The notes: generated from the letters alone by a model not told the origin. A stretch of 38,743 nucleotides of DNA from an uncultured bacterium (GCA_903930015.1 CAIYXB010000193.1:1-38743), one strand, 5' to 3'; counted from the first letter of the stretch, positions 16,502 to 25,887 are shown. Program-made: numbers and translations.

Positions 16502-17698
16502 ATGAAATTTCCAGATGCTATTAATATAGAAACTGCTTCATGGCTTCATGGAGTAAGTTTTTTAAAGCAAGTGGCTTTATTGAGAGCAGAATATGCTTTA
16601 AATAATGGTTTAGAAAATAGTCCAAGTGCGCAAGTGAATCAAGTAGCTTGGTCCAAGCTAAGAGAATGTGACAAGCAGGTTTTAGCCTTGTCTTTTTTTG
16701 GTTTATCTAATGATGAAATAGCCTCAAAGCTTAATCTTAAAAAAAATAGCCGCGTTGTTACAAGCTCTGTAATTAGAGCTTCTAATGCGCTGGGTATTAA
16801 TAAAGACACTAGAGATGAAATTAGAGCGAGTATTCAAAAGTTTTCTAATCCTAAGCAAATCTCTGGTTATAAGGATGTTATGGATAGAGACAGTTTGATA
16901 GCTTTTTTTTATGATAAGAAAAATTTAGTTGAGGCTGATTCTCTTTTGATATCTTATACCCCTGCTTATATAGCTGGGCTTATTAGAGCTTTTATCAAAA
17001 GTTTAGATAAGATCGATCAGAAAATTTTTAAACTAGAGTTTGAAAAAGGTTTAAAGCATGACGAGGTTGCACCGCAGGTTAAACTGCATAAATCGCGTGT
17101 ATTTTCTCGATCAAGGGATTATAAAGAGAAAATCAAAGAATGGATTGTAAATTATTTGGGTCTTAAAGTTTGGCTACCAAGGCAGATTGACCCTTTTAAG
17201 ACTGCACTTTTGACTAAAGATGATATTTTGGTCCTAAGATCTTTTTTAAAGGATGATGACCTTAGTCTTATAGCCCAGGATCGATCTATTACAGAGCGTA
17301 CTGTTCATAATCGATTAGCTTTTATCGCAAAGTCTCTTGACTTAAATAGAGAAAGTTTTTATGAGATTAAAGAGCATAATTTAAACAAGAGAGATTTTGA
17401 TTATTTATATAGAAATTTATTACAATTTTTATTTCCGCCGGAGGGAGCTATTCCTGATAAATTTAAAGTATTAGCTAAGTTCTATAATAAACAGAGCATT
17501 TTTAAAGTTATTGTTTCTGATTTAAAGAACTTTAATCCTCGAACTAATAAGCGTTATTTTAAATTGATGTTGCAGGGTTATAGTCAAGGAGCTATTGCAA
17601 GAAAGCTAGAGGTAAGTCAGTCCTCGATTTCTGTCTCTTTATCTAGAACAAGAAAGCTATTACTAACTTTTTTAGAAGATAAACTAAGGATGCCCTGA
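16502..17698 (+). CDS. Putative DNA-binding protein with four LuxR/sigma70-region-4-type HTH domains
   Basis: GLSNDEIASKLNL, GLKHDEVAPQVKL, LSLIAQDRSITERTVHNRL and GYSQGAIARKLEVSQSSIS motifs. Confidence 0.7.
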   Translation: MKFPDAINIETASWLHGVSFLKQVALLRAEYALNNGLENSPSAQVNQVAWSKLRECDKQVLALSFFGLSNDEIASKLNLKKNSRVVTSSVIRASNALGINKDTRDEIRASIQKFSNPKQISGYKDVMDRDSLIAFFYDKKNLVEADSLLISYTPAYIAGLIRAFIKSLDKIDQKIFKLEFEKGLKHDEVAPQVKLHKSRVFSRSRDYKEKIKEWIVNYLGLKVWLPRQIDPFKTALLTKDDILVLRSFLKDDDLSLIAQDRSITERTVHNRLAFIAKSLDLNRESFYEIKEHNLNKRDFDYLYRNLLQFLFPPEGAIPDKFKVLAKFYNKQSIFKVIVSDLKNFNPRTNKRYFKLMLQGYSQGAIARKLEVSQSSISVSLSRTRKLLLTFLEDKLRMP

Positions 17699-17761
17699 AA
17701 AACGAAGTTTTTCAATCGGGCGTCCAGATAAAAGGTAGCAATCATGCGCAGCATGAGTTGC
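17688..17761. repeat. Tandem hairpin element with cGAAg and cGCAg triloops overlapping the upstream stop codon
   Basis: ggatgccc-tgaaaaac-GAA-gtttttca-atc-gggcgtcc (17688-17725) and gcaatcatgc-GCA-gcatgagttgc (17738-17761). Confidence 0.6.
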
Positions 17762-17861
17762 CAAGTTACTAGAAATTTCCATTTTTCAGTGAATCCTTAA
17801 AGAAACTTACACAAAAAGCATGATTTTGATAAAGTCATATAAGATTTGATAGTCAGTTTTT

Positions 17862-18854
17862 ATGCAAGTTGAAAAACCAGTATTCATAATAGGTTCTTAT
17901 AGAGGTGGCACAAGCCTTCTATTTCGCTTGCTTTCGGAAAGTAAAGAACTTTGGTCTATGTATAGAGAGTCAAATCATATTTGGCAAAGCTATCATCGTG
18001 ATTTAAAAGAAAGTTCAGATACAGTTTATTTTGAAGAACTTGAGAATGGAAATTTTTTAAATACTAATACAAATGAAGAAATTAAAGATCTAGAAGAAAA
18101 AAAAATATTGATGGATCTTGCTTATCATTATTCAACTTATAATAGTTATATCTTGGGTTATTTAGGTCGTGTAAAGTTACTTAGGGAAGGAGTTAGCTGG
18201 GTTCTAGATCTTATTAATTACATTAATTATATTTATAAAGTGATGAATATAGTTAATTATAGAATTGTGGATAAGACACCGCCTAATATTTTTAGAATAG
18301 ATTTTCTTGCCAATCTATATCCGGATGCAAAATTTATTTATCTTACTCGTGATGGAAATGATAATATCAATTCCTTAATTAGTGCATGGTGCCATAAATC
18401 TAAATTTCAGTACCCTTATCGTAAGTATTTGGGCGGGAATTTAAAATTAAAAGATTGCGATTCTAAGGTTTGGAAGTTCTTTATTCCAAAAGGCTTTAAG
18501 GAAGAAAATTATAAAGATCAATCTATTGCATCTGTTTGTTCTGATCAATGGCTTTTAGCTCATGAAGCAGCACAGAGATCTTTTGAGAAAATCGATAGCT
18601 CAAGATTTATTCAAGTAAAGTTTGAAGATCTTTTAAGTAGACCAAAATCTGTAATGAAAGATATTTGTTCATTTATTGATATCGATTTCTCGAAAAAATT
18701 AGAAAAAATTATTGAAGAAATGCCACCAGTTAACACTGACACTAAACAATCTAAGAGTAAAAGTACAAAAAAACAAAATAATCATGAGTTTGAAGAAAAA
18801 ATATCTAAGATGCAAAGCAAGCTGGGTTATAATCAAAACTCATATGCCATCTGA
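17862..18854 (+). CDS. PAPS-dependent sulfotransferase (Sulfotransfer_3-like)
   Basis: 5'-PSB loop PVFIIGSYRGGTSLL, VDKTPPN, YPDAKFIYLTRDG, VKFEDLL..P. Confidence 0.88.
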   Translation: MQVEKPVFIIGSYRGGTSLLFRLLSESKELWSMYRESNHIWQSYHRDLKESSDTVYFEELENGNFLNTNTNEEIKDLEEKKILMDLAYHYSTYNSYILGYLGRVKLLREGVSWVLDLINYINYIYKVMNIVNYRIVDKTPPNIFRIDFLANLYPDAKFIYLTRDGNDNINSLISAWCHKSKFQYPYRKYLGGNLKLKDCDSKVWKFFIPKGFKEENYKDQSIASVCSDQWLLAHEAAQRSFEKIDSSRFIQVKFEDLLSRPKSVMKDICSFIDIDFSKKLEKIIEEMPPVNTDTKQSKSKSTKKQNNHEFEEKISKMQSKLGYNQNSYAI

Positions 18855-19671
18855 GTTACACATAAATATTGATCATATCGCGACTATTAGAAATGCTCGC
18901 AAGACCGTAGAGCCTAATTTAATAGATGCTATAAAAGTAATTGAAGGTACTAAAGCTTTTGGTATAACTACTCACCTAAGAGAAGATAGACGTCATATTA
19001 ATGATCAAGACATAAAAGGGATTGATGAATATTTAAAAAACTCTCGTCTGGGATTTACTTTTGAAATGGGAGCTTCTGAAGAAATAAGATCTATATTATT
19101 AAAAACATCAGCAAAATTAGCAACTATAGTGCCTGAAAAAAGAGAAGAACTCACTACTGAAGGTGGTTTGAATCTTGTTGATAGAAAATCATATCTTCAA
19201 GAATTTATAAAACCAATTCAAGATTCTGGGATAAAAGTGAGCTTCTTTATTGATCCAATTGAAGAGCAAATAGAGCTTGCAAGCAAACTTGGTGCAGAAT
19301 TTATTGAAATCCACACAGGTACTTATGCAAATTTATTTATCAAGTACCATCAAGAATTTTCTGCTATTGGTCCCTTTTATAATCCACAAATGATAGATGC
19401 AATTAATTTTGAACATTTAGCAAGTCCTATTAAAGAAGAGGTTTTAAGAATTCAAAAAGCAAGTATTTTGGCTCAGGAGCTTGGTTTGAAAGTAAATTTA
19501 GGGCATGGACTCACAGTAAGTAATCTGCCAGCTTTATTTAGTAAGCTCACTGATATTAAGGAACTACATATAGGGCACAGTATAGTTGCTAACAGCGTCT
19601 TTTATGGCTTAGATAGAGCTATTGATTTATATGTAAATTCTATTAAAATTCCGCAAAAAGTTTTAATCTAA
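18844..19671 (+). CDS. pdxJ: Pyridoxine 5'-phosphate synthase
   Basis: NIDHIATIRNAR, HLREDRRHI, VPEKREELTTEGGL, VSFFIDP, IEIHTG, GHGL, ELHIGHSI. True start likely ATG 18844 (MPSELHINIDH), overlapping the sulfotransferase end. Confidence 0.95.
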   Translation: MPSELHINIDHIATIRNARKTVEPNLIDAIKVIEGTKAFGITTHLREDRRHINDQDIKGIDEYLKNSRLGFTFEMGASEEIRSILLKTSAKLATIVPEKREELTTEGGLNLVDRKSYLQEFIKPIQDSGIKVSFFIDPIEEQIELASKLGAEFIEIHTGTYANLFIKYHQEFSAIGPFYNPQMIDAINFEHLASPIKEEVLRIQKASILAQELGLKVNLGHGLTVSNLPALFSKLTDIKELHIGHSIVANSVFYGLDRAIDLYVNSIKIPQKVLI

Positions 19672-19719
19672 TAATTCAATCTATCCAAGAATTGCTCGTA
19701 TTAACAGAGATTGTAAAGT

Positions 19720-20652
19720 TTAAAAAACACCAAGTCTACGCAACATCTCATCTGAAGAAAGATGCTCTGGATATATGCTTATTCCTGCGTTTACTCCATG
19801 ATCTTTAGCTGCTTTTAAGCTAGCTTCAACTTCACCATGATTAGTCCTATCACCATCTGTAATTAGGTGAATATTTAAATTGTCTTTTTTGGAAAGTCTT
19901 TTAAGGTCGTTAATACTGTCTTTGACGAAGTTATAGACAGTATCATTATTTCTGTTTTTGATACCATGCCAGTAAGTCATTGGCATAAGTACATCCCAGT
20001 TGTTTGCTACATATTCCCATGGATAGTCAACTTTAATTTTTGGAGAATAAACAATCGCTATTAGTGGATAATCATTTGCTACATTTTTTTTGATTTTTTC
20101 AGTGTAGGATGTCACTGCCCAAAGAGCAGTATTTTCTTCGATATCTGCAGCCATACCATCAAATCTTTCTCCATCTGGGCTGATGTAATTTGCTACTTGA
20201 ATAAATTTATCTGCATCCTCGCTTGGATTTTTTAAAAAACAGTAACTCCATCCGATTACTTTGATATTGTTTGCATGAGCATCCTTGAGCAATTTATCAA
20301 TCTCTTTTTTTAGTTTGAATGTAGGAGTGTTAGATCTATTTACTTGTAAATAAATTGTATCGATATTGAATTTTTTTAAACGATCTAAAAAGGCTTGATT
20401 ATTTTTTGGATAGTTCCATAAGTTGACCCAAGTACCTTTACCGGAAGTTATGGATTCGATTTTTTCTTCTTTAATAGTTTCTGGCTCAATAGACTTATCG
20501 TTTTTTAAAGTTTCAACTTCAATACGGTTATGTAAATTTGCTCGGCCTATTCTAATATATTTGGTTGTTGTAACAGCGTCGCTAGCTTTAATATTTTGCG
20601 CTGAAAATATAACGATAAATAGTATGAAAAGTATTGTTCTATCAATATTCAC
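19720..20652 (-). CDS. Exported protein with putative glycoside-hydrolase-like TIM barrel
   Basis: Signal-like N-terminus (TILFILFIVIFSAQNIKA); KGTWV, IDTIYLQV, AHANNIKVIGWSY, DGMAADIEE, DVLMPMTYW. Start moved to GTG 20652 (TAAAGT 7 nt upstream). Confidence 0.6.
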   Translation of the reverse strand: MNIDRTILFILFIVIFSAQNIKASDAVTTTKYIRIGRANLHNRIEVETLKNDKSIEPETIKEEKIESITSGKGTWVNLWNYPKNNQAFLDRLKKFNIDTIYLQVNRSNTPTFKLKKEIDKLLKDAHANNIKVIGWSYCFLKNPSEDADKFIQVANYISPDGERFDGMAADIEENTALWAVTSYTEKIKKNVANDYPLIAIVYSPKIKVDYPWEYVANNWDVLMPMTYWHGIKNRNNDTVYNFVKDSINDLKRLSKKDNLNIHLITDGDRTNHGEVEASLKAAKDHGVNAGISIYPEHLSSDEMLRRLGVF

Positions 20653-20729
20653 CCTAATAACTTTATACCAAGTTAATTCCTCCTGCAAACCCTGATGCAA
20701 AATATTTTATAAGATATTGATTAAGTCAC

Positions 20730-22085
20730 CTAAACTAATTGGTTGATAAATTTGGTTATCAAAGTTAAATAAACGAAAAAAGAGATCATATCGATTCCTG
20801 TTGTAATAAGCGGCCCACTTGCAGTTGCTGGGTCAAGATTGAATTTATTAAAAAAGATTGGAGTAAGTGTACCAAGTATGACAGCAAGCATCATAGAGAG
20901 AATTAGTGAAATTCCAATTAAAACAGAAAGAGTTAGATTGTTATAGAAATAAAATGATAATAAGCCTGTAATAAGAGCGCAAGTTATTCCAATAAATAGA
21001 CTTGTCAGAATTTCATGAAAGAGAATTTTCATGTTTTTTTCTTTTGCCACTTCACCTGTGTAAAGTCCTCGAACAATAATAGTTGTACTTTGATTTCCTA
21101 TGTTACCTGAAAGCCCCGAAAGCAGCGGCATAAAAGAAATGGCGATTGGGATTGCTGCAATAGTCACATCAAATTTTGCAATTAAAACAGAAGCAAAGCA
21201 TTGCCCAATTAAGGTAATTATTAGCCAAGGTGTTCTTGCTTTATAGGCTCCTAAATAGTTGTTTAAAAGATAGTCAGAGCTATCAGCATCAGCTTCAACG
21301 TTAATACCGCTTGATTGATAAATGTCAGCAGTTGCTTCTTCTTCAATAACGTCAACAACGTCATCAATAGTTATAATTCCAACTAATTGTTGATTAGGGT
21401 TGGTAACTGGGATTGCTAAAAATCTATATTTGGAAATTAAATCTGATGCAACTTCTTGATCCTCATCTACATTTACTGAGATAACATCTTGAGTTAAATG
21501 ATCTGAAACTAAGTCGTCGTCATTTGCTAGGAAGAGTTGTCTTAAGCTGATCACTCCAACAAGCTCGCCAAATTTTTTGGTAACATAGACATAGATGATT
21601 TCATAATCAGTTTCTTTTGCTTTGAGTCTTACGTATCGCAGTGCAGCACTGATTTTCAAATCAGCTCTTACGCTAATAAAACCAGGAGTCATAATACCAC
21701 CACAGGTATTTGGATCAAAGCTCATGAGCTCCTTTAGAACAACAGGTTTTTGAATATTACTCATTATATTAACCATGCGTTTGTCATCTAAAAGAGCAAG
21801 AATATCTGCAGCATCATCAAGTTGCATTGCATTTGAAAATCTAGTTATTTCATCATCGCTAACTTTTTCAAAAAATTGTTTAATTTCTGATTCAGTTAAC
21901 TCAACAATAAATTTTGAAATTTGTTCATCTGACAGTATTTCAAGAAGGATTTCTTTTTCTTTCTCATCTAGTTTGGGATATTCTTCTGCAATGTCTTGAG
22001 GGTAAAAATCGTCGAGTTTGTTTCTTAGCTCAAGAATTCTAGCTTCATCTAAGTCTTGTAATAGATTTTTTAAATCAAGCGCCAT
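20730..22085 (-). CDS. mgtE: Magnesium transporter MgtE
   Basis: MgtE_N (PQDIAE, DDAADIL), CBS pair (GGIMT, GIITIDDVVDVIEEEATAD), RTPWL, GNIGNQSTTIIVRGL, DPATASGPLITTGID. Confidence 0.96.
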   Translation of the reverse strand: MALDLKNLLQDLDEARILELRNKLDDFYPQDIAEEYPKLDEKEKEILLEILSDEQISKFIVELTESEIKQFFEKVSDDEITRFSNAMQLDDAADILALLDDKRMVNIMSNIQKPVVLKELMSFDPNTCGGIMTPGFISVRADLKISAALRYVRLKAKETDYEIIYVYVTKKFGELVGVISLRQLFLANDDDLVSDHLTQDVISVNVDEDQEVASDLISKYRFLAIPVTNPNQQLVGIITIDDVVDVIEEEATADIYQSSGINVEADADSSDYLLNNYLGAYKARTPWLIITLIGQCFASVLIAKFDVTIAAIPIAISFMPLLSGLSGNIGNQSTTIIVRGLYTGEVAKEKNMKILFHEILTSLFIGITCALITGLLSFYFYNNLTLSVLIGISLILSMMLAVILGTLTPIFFNKFNLDPATASGPLITTGIDMISFFVYLTLITKFINQLV

Positions 22086-22129
22086 CTTTTTAAGTATAAC
22101 GTGTAGCTTTAAGCCTAAAACAGCATATA

Positions 22130-23041
22130 ATGTACTTGTTTATCGCAATGGAAAAATATACTAATAGAATTTTAACTGGGGCAATGCTATTTATAGCAGC
22201 TTTTTTGCTTACTTATTTTAGTTCTGTTGTCTCAACTTTAGTAATTCTTGTTTTGAGTTTTTTAACAATTTATGAGTTTAAGGCTTTATCAAACAAGATG
22301 GGCATTTATCCCGTGGTTAATTGGATATATTTTTTTAGTGCAATGTTTATTTTGTTGCCATTGCTAACTTCAAAAAATCACTCAACAAATACAGTTTATG
22401 TTTTTCAACTTAGTATTATGCTCTCAGCATATATAGTAATTTTTTCAAGGATTCTTTTAAAAACAGCAGTTACCAAATTTGAAGATATAACAGCGTCACT
22501 GTGGGCGATTTTTCATTTAGGATTGTTGCCAAGTTTTTTTGTTTGGCTGAGAATCTTAGATAATGGTTTTGACTATTTTTTTACTATCGTCATTGCCATT
22601 AGTGCAAGTGATGTAGGTTGTTTGATTTTTGGAAAATTATTTGGAAAACAAAAATTAGCTCCTCAAATAAGTCCAGGTAAAACAGTTGCTGGTAGTATAG
22701 GTGGAATTTTTTGTGGTTCACTTGCATTTTGGGGCTCTACAAAAATTTTCTCTTTTGAACTTAGACCGGATCTTTGGATTTTGCATAATGGTCTTATAAA
22801 GAGTTTGATTAGTTTGTGCGGGCAAGAAGTATTTTTTCTTGTTTTAGTTTTGGTTTTGGGAGCTTTGCTTGCTATTGTTGCTCAAATTGGAGACCTTCTT
22901 GTAAGCGTTTTAAAAAGGGCAGCTGGGGTAAAAGATTCTGGTACTATTTTGCTTTCACATGGCGGTGTTTTAGACAGAGTAGATAGTCATTTTTTTGCAG
23001 CATGGCTTGCTTTCTATATTTTTTATTACTTCTTAATGTAA
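22130..23041 (+). CDS. cdsA: Phosphatidate cytidylyltransferase
   Basis: SDVG, GKQKLAPQISPGKTVAG, GDLLVSVLKRAAGVKDSG..HGGVLDRVDS; multi-TM. Start may be ATG 22148. Confidence 0.95.
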   Translation: MYLFIAMEKYTNRILTGAMLFIAAFLLTYFSSVVSTLVILVLSFLTIYEFKALSNKMGIYPVVNWIYFFSAMFILLPLLTSKNHSTNTVYVFQLSIMLSAYIVIFSRILLKTAVTKFEDITASLWAIFHLGLLPSFFVWLRILDNGFDYFFTIVIAISASDVGCLIFGKLFGKQKLAPQISPGKTVAGSIGGIFCGSLAFWGSTKIFSFELRPDLWILHNGLIKSLISLCGQEVFFLVLVLVLGALLAIVAQIGDLLVSVLKRAAGVKDSGTILLSHGGVLDRVDSHFFAAWLAFYIFYYFLM

Positions 23042-23043
23042 CA

Positions 23044-23168
23044 AGATTTGTCACGAAATCGCTCATAGCTGCGTTACACTCGTCCCTTGCCATTCTCATT
23101 TACGTTCTAGTAAATTCCGGTGGCTCGGGACTTGCAAGCCTTGCTCTGAACGATTTCTTGGCAAATCT
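23044..23168. mobile_element. ERIC/RPE-like miniature inverted-repeat element (125 bp)
   Basis: 26-bp terminal inverted repeats (22/26 identical). The minus strand shows CAAGGC...TTTAC-n-GTAAATGAG...AACGCAG, the order of conserved cores in ERIC-type elements. Confidence 0.75.
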
Positions 23169-23317
23169 ACTGAAAACCCCTAAAAACCCTATAAAGCAGC
23201 CAAAAATCTTAAAAAATACTAGTCAATACAAATTTTAAGCTAAAATAATAAGCCAGTAAATCCTATAGACCAGACTTTTAGTTTGGCTTGTTTCTTTTAT
23301 TGCTGGCCTAAATTGAA

Positions 23318-24475
23318 ATGAGTGCTGAAATGACTAAGCTCAATAAATTTCAAGATCTTGCTAATCAAATTAGCAAAGATTCAAGCACGTCGCTACCAAG
23401 CCAAGATAAAAAGCCAGAATCAGTAGTTCCAATCTCTGAGAATTTAGTTGATGATATGCATAAGGAAGTAGTATTAGAATCTAAAACTTTGCAAGACACT
23501 AATGTACAAAATCAAAGTATTAAAAGTTTTTTTGATCCCAATCGTTTAATAAATGATGTTCGTTATCGTAATAATGTATTAAGTGCTTCAAATGCTTTTT
23601 TACATGGTCTTGCTACAGTTACAAATTTTATTGCCAAAGATAATCCAGCTTTAAAAGTTATAAATCATGTTGTTGATAGATCAGCTTTCTTTTGCACGCG
23701 TTGGCTTACTCCATATATTTCTTATGGTCATGCAGTGTTTACAGCATTTGGAAAACAAAAAGAACCAATTTTAGGTTTAATCAAAGCTATTCCACCAGCG
23801 TTTTTCCCAATTGTTGGTGATGCAAATATTGATATGGTTTATGGTACAAGTACAGCTTTTAATCAGCCTTATGACAATATCATGAACAGAATTAAGGAGC
23901 GAATTGCAACTTCTGATGACTATGCTAAGGAAGTACAAGATGCTAGAAAATCACCTTTAGCTTTTTCAGGATTGGTTTTTAAAGAACTAAAAAGTTTTCT
24001 TGGTGATTTTGTTCAAGGGAAATCAGATTTTTGGAAAGAGGGAATTTTTGTTATTAACTGTGCAATGATGTTTGCAGGATCAATCCCAATGCTTTTGTTT
24101 GGAAGAGACCAAAGAGATACTACGTTAGCAAAAATCTCAGGTGTGCTTAGGAATGTCGGTGGTACGCTTGGTGATGTAGGTTGGGTTTTTGGTGGAAAAG
24201 TCGAAAAAGAAAAAGTTATTATGGGTATAGTTTATACACTTGCTCAAATGGCAGATATTGCAAAACGCTTTGTTAGTGAAGATGTATCAAAAGTTCTTAT
24301 ACATTTAAGTGCAGCGCTTAATGTTTCTGCAATGACTGTCTGGAATACATTAAATACAGAAAATAACAAAAAGACTATTGATGATATAGTAAGTGAAAAA
24401 CTTAATAGAACTGCAAAGGCTCGAGATAATTCTCAGAAAAACTCTGAGCAAGCAGGATTGATGCTTGCAGCTTAG
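23318..24475 (+). CDS. Hypothetical protein with several hydrophobic/amphipathic helices, C-terminus LAA
   Basis: 385-aa ORF; disordered N-terminus and moderately hydrophobic core. Confidence 0.8.
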   Translation: MSAEMTKLNKFQDLANQISKDSSTSLPSQDKKPESVVPISENLVDDMHKEVVLESKTLQDTNVQNQSIKSFFDPNRLINDVRYRNNVLSASNAFLHGLATVTNFIAKDNPALKVINHVVDRSAFFCTRWLTPYISYGHAVFTAFGKQKEPILGLIKAIPPAFFPIVGDANIDMVYGTSTAFNQPYDNIMNRIKERIATSDDYAKEVQDARKSPLAFSGLVFKELKSFLGDFVQGKSDFWKEGIFVINCAMMFAGSIPMLLFGRDQRDTTLAKISGVLRNVGGTLGDVGWVFGGKVEKEKVIMGIVYTLAQMADIAKRFVSEDVSKVLIHLSAALNVSAMTVWNTLNTENNKKTIDDIVSEKLNRTAKARDNSQKNSEQAGLMLAA

Positions 24476-24643
24476 TATTTAATGACACAAATTAGTGATT
24501 TATACCTAGGAACTTCTAATAAAACTTAACGTCTACATAATCAATAATTGGAATAACGTAGATATCAATGATGATAAAACAAGCATACAGAGCTAGGTTC
24601 ATATAACTAATGTTTTGGATGTTTAACAAAAGGAGGAGATCTT

Positions 24644-25048
24644 ATGACTAAATTAGTAAGACTCATGTTCGTGATAGCGGTAATTAGTTTCACTACAATT
24701 CCTGCTAAAGCGATAGAAAAGAACATTGTTACTTCACTTGTAGGTGGAGTTGTAGGTGCTCCAGTGGGTGCAGTGATGGGACTACTACGTGGTGGTGTTT
24801 CTAAGGGTGTCGAATATAGCGATTCATTTACAGGAGAATTTGATGGAATTATCGGACATGGTTTAGGCGGCATTATTGGTGTTCCAACTGGCTTTGTCAC
24901 AGGGCTAGGCTTAGGCGGTGTTACTGGTACGGTAAAAGGTTTAACTGATGGACTTTACAAAGGAATAGATGATCCTTTATCTGCAGATAGTTTAGGATTA
25001 GGCGGAAGCTTTACTGACTATGATCCGTATGATATTCACTTAATATAA
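24644..25048 (+). CDS. Exported glycine-zipper protein
   Basis: Strong SD AGGAGG, signal peptide ending AKA, repeated GxxxG motifs (GGVVGAPVGAVMG; GGIIGVPTGFVTG). Confidence 0.8.
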   Translation: MTKLVRLMFVIAVISFTTIPAKAIEKNIVTSLVGGVVGAPVGAVMGLLRGGVSKGVEYSDSFTGEFDGIIGHGLGGIIGVPTGFVTGLGLGGVTGTVKGLTDGLYKGIDDPLSADSLGLGGSFTDYDPYDIHLI

Positions 25049-25074
25049 TTAAAGCTTACATCGTAGAACATTTT

Positions 25075-25105
25075 GGAGCTGGCACTATGCTGGCTCCTTT
25101 GTTTT
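25075..25105 (+). terminator. Probable intrinsic terminator
   Basis: ggagctggca-cta-tgctggctcc stem (with G-U pairs) followed by tttgtttt, just after the 24644 gene. Confidence 0.65.
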
Positions 25106-25122
25106 GATATATTATATAGTCT

Positions 25123-25887
25123 GTGTTTCAATCACTTGAAGAATTTTTAAAAACAAAAAAGCTAGAAGACCATCAATCGATAGCTATATCTATTACAAAT
25201 CTCAATAGAAAAATAGAATATAAATTTAACGAGACTGAGGCTTTTTATCCTGCAAGCCTAATTAAACTCTTTGCAGCTTTTTATGCAGCTGAGAAACTTA
25301 AAAACTCTAAGCTAGAAGATTTTGCTTTTAATGATTTAAATGTTGCTATTAGAAATTCTCTAGAAGAGTCTGATAATGATGCTTTGTCTTTGGTATATGA
25401 TTTTATTTCTGGTTCTTCTTCTGGAGTTTATGATAAAAAATCGTTTGCTAGTTTTGCTAAAGCTCGGAATTCAATCACAGACTATTTTCAAGAAATAGGA
25501 TTTTCTAATGAGCTTGCCTTGCATAATAAATGTTATAGTTTTGCACCTTATGGTAAAGATCTCAAACTATTTTTAAAACAAGGTTCTAATAAGGTTTTAA
25601 TTAGTGATATTGAAAAGATAATGAATTTGATTATCAATAAACAATCAGAGCTTTTGGAATTTATGCTCCGCTCGGGTGAATGTGAGCAAAGTGAATTTAT
25701 CTATAAGGGTCTAAATGAAGAGAAGTTAGATTTCTTTTATTCTAAAGCTGGCTGGACGACAAGTGTTCGTCATGATGTTGCTTATTTTTCTTATAACAAA
25801 GAAAAATATCTTTTGGTGGTTTTAACTAAGGGACTTAGTGAAGATAAAGAGTTAATACCTAGATTATCTAGTTTGATTTTTGCTTAA
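25123..25887 (+). CDS. Serine hydrolase, class A beta-lactamase-like (cyanobacterial type)
   Basis: SxxK (ASLIK), SDN, SKAGWTTSVRHDVAY; no signal peptide. Confidence 0.85.
   Translation: MFQSLEEFLKTKKLEDHQSIAISITNLNRKIEYKFNETEAFYPASLIKLFAAFYAAEKLKNSKLEDFAFNDLNVAIRNSLEESDNDALSLVYDFISGSSSGVYDKKSFASFAKARNSITDYFQEIGFSNELALHNKCYSFAPYGKDLKLFLKQGSNKVLISDIEKIMNLIINKQSELLEFMLRSGECEQSEFIYKGLNEEKLDFFYSKAGWTTSVRHDVAYFSYNKEKYLLVVLTKGLSEDKELIPRLSSLIFA

Noticed and set aside
18712-18843. N-terminal 44 aa of the listed PdxJ ORF
   Set aside because: It overlaps the sulfotransferase; PdxJ homology begins at ATG 18844.
13760-18854. Methyltransferase, radical SAM, regulator and sulfotransferase as a biosynthetic cluster
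   Set aside because: The radical SAM enzyme is a convincing MqnE (primary metabolism), the methyltransferase is divergent, and there is no precursor, scaffold enzyme or exporter.
23002-23238. 78-aa ORF downstream of cdsA
   Set aside because: It runs through the ERIC-like element and overlaps the cdsA end; better explained as non-coding repeat.
25123-25887. Antibiotic-resistance beta-lactamase
   Set aside because: There is no signal peptide and the motifs match the housekeeping cyanobacterial-type serine hydrolase group; resistance cannot be inferred.
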